Assembly (NCBI GenBank): GCA_039812685.1
Contig: JBDIBB010000002.1
Span: 17,291-81,290 of the forward strand
Reading direction: 5' to 3'
DNA from: Vicinamibacteraceae bacterium
GTDB taxonomy: Bacteria > Acidobacteriota > Vicinamibacteria > Vicinamibacterales > JAFNAJ01
DNA: 64,000 nt
The position numbers and the translations under genes were made by a program. Numbering within the stretch: position 1 is the stretch's first letter; every line of letters starts with the position of its first letter. Of this stretch, positions 59,185-64,000 are shown piece after piece. A model generated the notes under the pieces. The model did no database searches, was not told where the DNA came from, and saw only the letters and a program-made list of their open reading frames with translations.

Positions 59185-59277
59185 GACTGGAGGTGCCCGG
59201 CAGCCGGCCGTCCGATGGACGACCGGCCGATGTCGGCGACCGACGATGAGCCTGTGCCGGCGCGCGCCGGCCTGCGG

Positions 59278-59493
59278 CTACTTCTCGACCGAGGCGGTAT
59301 AGCCCGCCTCGTCCAGGGCACGAATCGCGGCCTCGATCGCGCTCTCGAGGCCGGCGGGCACGGTGGTGACCTTCGCCCGGCCGACGTCCACGGTGACCAC
59401 CGAGAGGTTCGGGACGCCTTCGAGCGCCTTCTTCACGCGCGCGACGCAGTGGCCGCAGCTCATGCCATCGATCGTCAGGGTCTTCTCGTCCAC
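59278..59493 (-). CDS. copZ: copper chaperone (HMA domain)
   Basis: 71 aa with GMSCGHC. GTG start preceded by GGAAGGAG. Confidence 0.9.
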   Translation of the reverse strand: MDEKTLTIDGMSCGHCVARVKKALEGVPNLSVVTVDVGRAKVTTVPAGLESAIEAAIRALDEAGYTASVEK

Positions 59494-59535
59494 GGGGGGC
59501 TCCTTCCCAGTGCGGCCGTCCGGCCGGACTCACGG

Positions 59536-59566
59536 ATTATCACATACCCCCTCCCCCTATAGTCAA
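59536..59566 (-). promoter_or_regulatory. copZ-copA-csoR promoter (TTGACT, 19-nt spacer, TGTGATAAT) with a G-tract candidate operator in the spacer
   Basis: Minus strand reads TTGACTATAGGGGGAGGGGGTATGTGATAAT. The sequence is fixed by two overlapping track translations (NRLTIGGGGM-stop and LSHTPSPYSQA). Confidence 0.5.
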
Positions 59567-59666
59567 GCGATTCCCGCCGGTGGCCGTCCACCGGCCCGAC
59601 CGCCGGCGGGCGGTGATATCGTTGACCCCGCCGCGCGCGATCGCGGCCTCACGAGGAGGGTTCGCA

Positions 59667-61403
59667 GTGGCTGCAGAGGTACCCATCAACGCCCAGCGGC
59701 TCATGTTGCCTGCCGGCCTGCAGCGCGAGTTCGAGAGCGCCGCGCGGCAGTGGACCGGCGAAGGCCGCGTCGGCCGGCTCTGGGATCGCGACGCCTCGCT
59801 GTGGACCAACACCGACGAATCGCGCTGGCTGGGATGGCTCGACGGGCCGCGCATGGCCCGCGAAGCGGTCGACACCCTGCGGCCCTACGCCGAGGACATC
59901 GCACGCGAGGGGTTCACGCACGCGCTGCTGCTCGGGATGGGCGGGTCGAGCCTCGCCCCCGAGGTGCTGCGCCTCACCTTCGGCCACACGCCGGGCGCGC
60001 CCGACTTCCACGTGCTCGACTCCACCGATCCCGCGCAGGTGGCCACCGTGGACTCGCACGTCGACCTGGCGCGCACGCTGGTCATCGTCGCCAGCAAGTC
60101 GGGCAGCACGCTCGAGCCGAACGTCTTCAAGCAGTATTTCCTCGAACGGATGCGCCAGGTGGTCGGACCGGATCGCGCCGGCCGGCACTTCGTCGCCATC
60201 ACCGACCCCGGGTCGAAGATGCAGCAGGTGGCCGAACAGGACGGCTTCCGGCACGTGTTCTTCGGCACGCCTTCCATCGGCGGACGCTTCTCGGCGCTGT
60301 CGCCCTTCGGGCTGGTGCCGGCGGCCACGATGCGCCTCGACCTCGCGCGGATCGCGGCGGGCGCCGAGACCATCGCTGACGCCTGCCGTCAGGGTGACGC
60401 CCTCGCCAACCCGGGCGTCGCACTCGGGCTGGCCATCGGCCTGGCCGCGCGGGATGGTCGCGACAAGCTGACGATCGTGACCTCGCCCGAAATCTACGAT
60501 CTGGGCGCCTGGCTCGAACAGTTGATCGCCGAATCGACGGGCAAGCGCGGCGTCGCCGTCATCCCCGTCGATCTGGAGCCGCTCGCCGCGGTCGACGCCT
60601 ACGCGCGCGATCGCGTCTTCGTGTCGCTGCGCGTGGCCGGGCCGTGGGATGCCGCGCCCGAGGAATCGCTGCAGGCGCTGGCCGCCGCCGGGCACCCGGT
60701 GTTCCACATCGAGATGGCCGACGCCTACGGCGTGGCCCAGGAGTTCTTCCGCTGGGAGATCGCCACGGCCGTCGCCGGCGCCGTGCTCGGCATCAATCCG
60801 TTCGACCAGCCGGACGTCGAAGCGAGCAAGGCGGCCACCCGCGCCCTGACGACGGCGTTCGAGCAGACGGGGCGCCTGCCCGGCGATGCCCCGATCCTCC
60901 GCCAGGACGGGCTCGCCTTCCACGCCGACACCGCCAACGCGCGGGCGCTGCTGCCGGCCGCCGTGACCGGCGCCGATGCGACGGCGCTGCTGCGCACGCA
61001 CCTGCGTCGCCTCGAGCCCGGCGACTACTTCGCGCTGCTGGCCTACGTGGAGATGAACGCCGCGCACCAGCGGGTGCTGCAGGACATCCGTCACGTGGTG
61101 GCGCGCGGCACCGGGGTGGCCACCTGCCTCGGCTTCGGACCGCGCTTCCTCCACTCCACGGGACAGGCGTACAAGGGCGGGCCCAACACGGGCGTGTTCC
61201 TCCAGGTGACGTGCGAGGACGCCCGCGATCTGCCTGTTCCCGGCCAACGCTACACGTTCGGCGTGGTGAAGGCCGCGCAGGCGGCCGGTGACCTGCAGGT
61301 GCTCTTCGAGCGGGGCCGGCGGGCGTTGCGCGTACACGTGGGGTCGGACGTGGAGGCGGGCCTGCGGCGGCTGCTGGCGCTGGTGACGACCGCGCTCGCG
61401 TGA
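59667..61403 (+). CDS. pgi: glucose-6-phosphate isomerase (type usually seen fused to transaldolase)
   Basis: LLLGMGGSSLAPEV, VASKSGSTLEPN and TPSIGGRFSALSPFGL SIS-domain motifs. GTG 59667 is preceded by GAGGAGGG. Confidence 0.85.
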   Translation: MAAEVPINAQRLMLPAGLQREFESAARQWTGEGRVGRLWDRDASLWTNTDESRWLGWLDGPRMAREAVDTLRPYAEDIAREGFTHALLLGMGGSSLAPEVLRLTFGHTPGAPDFHVLDSTDPAQVATVDSHVDLARTLVIVASKSGSTLEPNVFKQYFLERMRQVVGPDRAGRHFVAITDPGSKMQQVAEQDGFRHVFFGTPSIGGRFSALSPFGLVPAATMRLDLARIAAGAETIADACRQGDALANPGVALGLAIGLAARDGRDKLTIVTSPEIYDLGAWLEQLIAESTGKRGVAVIPVDLEPLAAVDAYARDRVFVSLRVAGPWDAAPEESLQALAAAGHPVFHIEMADAYGVAQEFFRWEIATAVAGAVLGINPFDQPDVEASKAATRALTTAFEQTGRLPGDAPILRQDGLAFHADTANARALLPAAVTGADATALLRTHLRRLEPGDYFALLAYVEMNAAHQRVLQDIRHVVARGTGVATCLGFGPRFLHSTGQAYKGGPNTGVFLQVTCEDARDLPVPGQRYTFGVVKAAQAAGDLQVLFERGRRALRVHVGSDVEAGLRRLLALVTTALA

Positions 61404-61483
61404 GCCGCGCGCGCCGCGCACGGCTGGCGGCGGCAGCGGAGGCGGAACCGGGGCGACGCGCTCTCCCGGGGCGGGGGTCCGCT

Positions 61484-62491
61484 TCATTCCTCCAGCAGCC
61501 TGGTCGAGAGCGCCGACCAGATCGCGTAGGCCAGGCGCCGCCGGTCGTGCCGGGCGATCCCGCGCGTCCAGAACTCGCCCAGCACCAGCCCGCAGCCCTC
61601 GGGGAGATCGCCGACCTCGAGCGGTTCCTTGTGCTCGGCGGCATAGCGGACCAGCACCTCGGTGTCTGGCCGGCCGGTGTTGACCACGACCGCGTCGATG
61701 CGGCGGCCGATCACGGCGCCAAGCCGCCGGGCGGCCTCGCCCGCCGTGAACCCCCGCATGCCATAGCCCTCGGTGAGCAGGTTGGCCACCAGGACGATCG
61801 GCCCCTTCACCTCGGCGAGGGCCTCGCGGACCCCGCGGACCAGGAAGATGGGCATCAGGCTCGTGTAGTAGCTGCCCGGACCGATCACCACCGCGTCGAA
61901 CTGCCGGATCGCCTCGGCCGTCTTGGGGAGGATCATGGCGGGCGGCTCGAGCCAGACGCGGTCGATGTCGCGGCCGTGCGACTGTCCCGCGTCCACCTCG
62001 ACCTCGCCGCGCGAGGTGGTGCCGTCGCCGTAGGCGGCACAGAGCACCGCGCGCTCGGTGCTGATCGGCCAGACGCGCCCGGCGCACGCGAGCACGCTGC
62101 GCAGCGCGTCGACGCCAGCCAGGAAGTCGCCGGCGTACTGCTCCATCATCGACAGCAGGAGGTTGCCGCCGGTGTGCCCGCCGAGCCGCGCGTGTTCGAG
62201 CATGGGCAGGCGGGTGAGCAGCACCCGGCGGGCCTCGGCCTCGTTGCGGGCCAGGGCGAGCGCGCACTTCAGCACGTCGCCCGGCGGCAGCACCCCCAGT
62301 TCGTCGCGCAACTGCCCGGAACTGCCGCCATCGTCGAACATGGTGACGACAGCGTTCACGTGCAGCCAGGGGTTGTGCTTGAGCCCGCCGATGAGGCTGG
62401 GTATGCCGGTGCCGCCGCCGAAGCAGCCCACCGTAAGGCGCCGCAGGTGCATCCAGTGGGTCATTGTCCACGGCCGCGCGCCCGACGGCAA
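61484..62491 (-). CDS. yvcK: YvcK/CofD-family gluconeogenesis factor (UPF0052)
   Basis: VGCFGGGTGIPSLIGGLK, VVTMFDDGGSSGQLR and VIGPGSYYTSLMP. The start may instead be M10 (62464). Confidence 0.85.
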   Translation of the reverse strand: MPSGARPWTMTHWMHLRRLTVGCFGGGTGIPSLIGGLKHNPWLHVNAVVTMFDDGGSSGQLRDELGVLPPGDVLKCALALARNEAEARRVLLTRLPMLEHARLGGHTGGNLLLSMMEQYAGDFLAGVDALRSVLACAGRVWPISTERAVLCAAYGDGTTSRGEVEVDAGQSHGRDIDRVWLEPPAMILPKTAEAIRQFDAVVIGPGSYYTSLMPIFLVRGVREALAEVKGPIVLVANLLTEGYGMRGFTAGEAARRLGAVIGRRIDAVVVNTGRPDTEVLVRYAAEHKEPLEVGDLPEGCGLVLGEFWTRGIARHDRRRLAYAIWSALSTRLLEE

Positions 62492-62528
62492 CCCGAAACC
62501 ATCGGCCTGGCTGTCGCCGTGGCCACGC

Positions 62529-62534
62529 TACAAT
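62529..62534 (+). promoter_or_regulatory. -10 box TACAAT, 6 nt upstream of the ATG (leaderless-type promoter)
   Basis: CGCTACAATCGCCGCATGATG. The sequence is fixed by overlapping track translations (PRYNRRMM on plus, AAIVAW on minus). Confidence 0.45.
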
Positions 62535-62540
62535 CGCCGC

Positions 62541-63287
62541 ATGATGCGACCGCGGCCGGATCTGCCGCCAGCGCTCGTCAGGCCGCTCGCGCGCCTGTGC
62601 GACGATCTCCGGCAGATCTTCGCTGAAAGGCTGCTGGCGCTGGTGGCTCATGGCCCGCGCGTGCGTCATCCGGACGCGGCCGGCGCCGGTGCGCTGCCGG
62701 TCAGCACGCTCGCGCTGGTCGACGGGCTGTCGTACCAGGATCTTCATGCCTGCGCGCAGCGCGCACAGGGCTGGCGCGCTGACGGGGTGGCCGTGCCGCT
62801 GCTGCTCGGTGCGGCGGAGTTCGCGCGGTCGCTCGATACGTTTCCCGTGGAGTACGGCGACATCATCGCCCACCACGTCCTCGTGTTCGGCCGCGATCCG
62901 TTCGAGGGCTTGCGGGTACCGGAGGAGGATCTGCGACGGGCCTGCGAGGCGTGGGCCAAGGGCATCCTGATTCAGCTGCGCGAGGGCTTCATCGAAGCGG
63001 GCGGCGACGCGCGGCGCGTGGCCGCGCTGATTGCCGCCTCGGCACCGCCCTTCGCGGCACTGCTCGCCCACGTCGCGCGCCTGCGCGGCATCGCCACACC
63101 GGGCGTCGACGGCCTGCTGGAGGCGGCGGCCGGCATTCCCGGCCTCTCGGCCCATGTCGTCGCCCGGGTGGCCGCACTCGAGGCGCGCCCTGCGCTTGAC
63201 GCCGACACGGCCGCGTCCCTGTTACCGGCCTACCTCGATGCCGTGGACGCCATCGCCCGCGATCTCGATGCCCGGACTTCGCGCTGA
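62541..63287 (+). CDS. hypothetical protein (248 aa)
   Basis: Protein-like composition (FPVEYGDIIAHHVLVFGRDPFEGL, ACEAWAKGILIQLREGF). I recognise no family with confidence. This is the real part of track ORF 62058..63287. Confidence 0.5.
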   Translation: MMRPRPDLPPALVRPLARLCDDLRQIFAERLLALVAHGPRVRHPDAAGAGALPVSTLALVDGLSYQDLHACAQRAQGWRADGVAVPLLLGAAEFARSLDTFPVEYGDIIAHHVLVFGRDPFEGLRVPEEDLRRACEAWAKGILIQLREGFIEAGGDARRVAALIAASAPPFAALLAHVARLRGIATPGVDGLLEAAAGIPGLSAHVVARVAALEARPALDADTAASLLPAYLDAVDAIARDLDARTSR

Positions 63288-63318
63288 CGCCGGTGCGAAC
63301 CGGCGCGCCGCGGCGCGG

Positions 63319-64000
63319 ATGCGGCTCGCCCTCACGCTGGCCGTCCTGCTGGCCGCGGCTACCGCGACGGCGCGCGCCGCGGAACTGCCCTCCCTCACGC
63401 AGCCCGTCAGCGACCTGGCCAACGTGATCGACGCCGACAGCGCGGTGCGGCTCGACCGCCTGAGCCGGCAGCTGCAGGCGGCCACGGGCGACGTCATCGT
63501 CGTGCTGACCGTCCGCAGCGTCGCGCCCGACTTCGCCGACATCCGCGACTACGCGGTGAAGGCCTTCGAGAACCACGGGAGGGGCATCGGCGAGAAGGGG
63601 CGCGACAACGGCGTGCTCATCGTGCTTGCCGTCGACGACCGCCGCGTGCACATCGAGGTGGGCTACGGCCTGGAAGGCACCATCACGGACGGCTTCGCCG
63701 GCGAAACGGCACGGCTCTACATGCGCCCCCTGTTCCAGCAGGGCCGGTACGGCGCCGGGCTGCTCGCCGGCGCCACGCGGCTCGTGGCGCGCATCGCCGA
63801 CGCGCGCCACGTCACGCTGGACGACGTGCCGCGCGAGGCCCGCGCGCGCCGCGACGACGGCGGGATCGCGCTGCCGCCCTGGCTGGTCCTGCTCCTGGTG
63901 ATCGGACTGATTCTGATGATGCGTGCCAGCCGGCGCGGTGGGGGCGGCGGAGGGTGGCCCCGCGGCGGGGCGACGTGGGGCGGATCGAGCTGGAGCGGCT
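63319..64000 (+). CDS. TPM-domain (YgcG/TLP18.3-like) protein, C-terminal end runs off the window
   Basis: Absent from the track because it has no stop. My translation gives MRLALTLAVLLAAATATARA (signal), then LTQPVSDLANVID...TGDVIVVLTV...NGVLIVLAVDDRRVHIEVGYGLEG, then a TM helix and a Gly-rich tail. Confidence 0.75.
   Translation, partial: MRLALTLAVLLAAATATARAAELPSLTQPVSDLANVIDADSAVRLDRLSRQLQAATGDVIVVLTVRSVAPDFADIRDYAVKAFENHGRGIGEKGRDNGVLIVLAVDDRRVHIEVGYGLEGTITDGFAGETARLYMRPLFQQGRYGAGLLAGATRLVARIADARHVTLDDVPREARARRDDGGIALPPWLVLLLVIGLILMMRASRRGGGGGGWPRGGATWGGSSWSG

Noticed and set aside
59649-63155. 1168-aa minus-strand ORF
   Set aside because: It runs antisense through pgi and the hypothetical gene, and out of frame through yvcK. 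Its composition is Arg/Ala/Gly/Pro-rich with no domain signature.

Overview
High-GC (about 70%) bacterial chromosomal window, probably from a soil Acidobacteria- or Gemmatimonadetes-like organism (weak inference from gene content). I support 48 protein-coding genes and saw no rRNA, tRNA, CRISPR array, transposase or integrase. Many long ORFs in the track are GC-driven antisense or wrong-frame artefacts (Arg/Ala/Gly/Pro-rich). I picked real frames by protein-like composition and recognisable family motifs.

Gene content, left to right:
- Penicillin/AHL acylase (partial).
- lipA, a family-5 uracil-DNA glycosylase and an AidB-like acyl-CoA dehydrogenase.
- Pyruvate dehydrogenase operon (aceE-aceF-lpdA, minus strand) and lemA.
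- A 12-kb glycosylation island: 2 methyltransferases, 2 GT4 enzymes, a 944-aa double glycosyltransferase, 2 Maf/DUF115 proteins and a CMP-sugar cytidylyltransferase.
- Class-V aminotransferase, the HepT/MntA toxin-antitoxin pair and a Pat-type protein acetyltransferase.
- DinB-GNAT-PilZ-ispG-PilZ operon.
- A large secreted FN3/IPT protein, a DUF4097 lipoprotein, DUF3810 and NDH-2.
- Two orphan MacB-type permeases with a divergent HlyD adaptor.
- A molybdopterin oxidoreductase, a sortilin/BNR protein, a KGG stress protein and yggX.
- ATP-grasp and B12-radical-SAM genes, facing ROK, PIG-L and POT transporter genes.
- copZ-copA-csoR, pgi, yvcK, a hypothetical protein and a TPM-domain protein (partial).

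Most interesting observations:
1. The radical SAM ORF ends at a TGA that, read as selenocysteine, gives C-U-A-E-P. A SECIS-like hairpin follows, so this is probably a selenoprotein truncated by the ORF call.
2. The Maf-type glycosylation island has no flagellin gene and no sugar-synthase gene.
3. One roughly 90-aa NeuD/PglD-N-like module is fused to five different enzymes of that island.
4. A 22-bp long-range helix and a coupled uORF lie in the leader of the molybdoenzyme gene.
5. Four genes have a -10 hexamer exactly 6 nt upstream of the start codon, which suggests leaderless mRNAs.

Start codons are my best guesses. Coordinates of small motifs may be off by 1 nt, because I could not recount every base.
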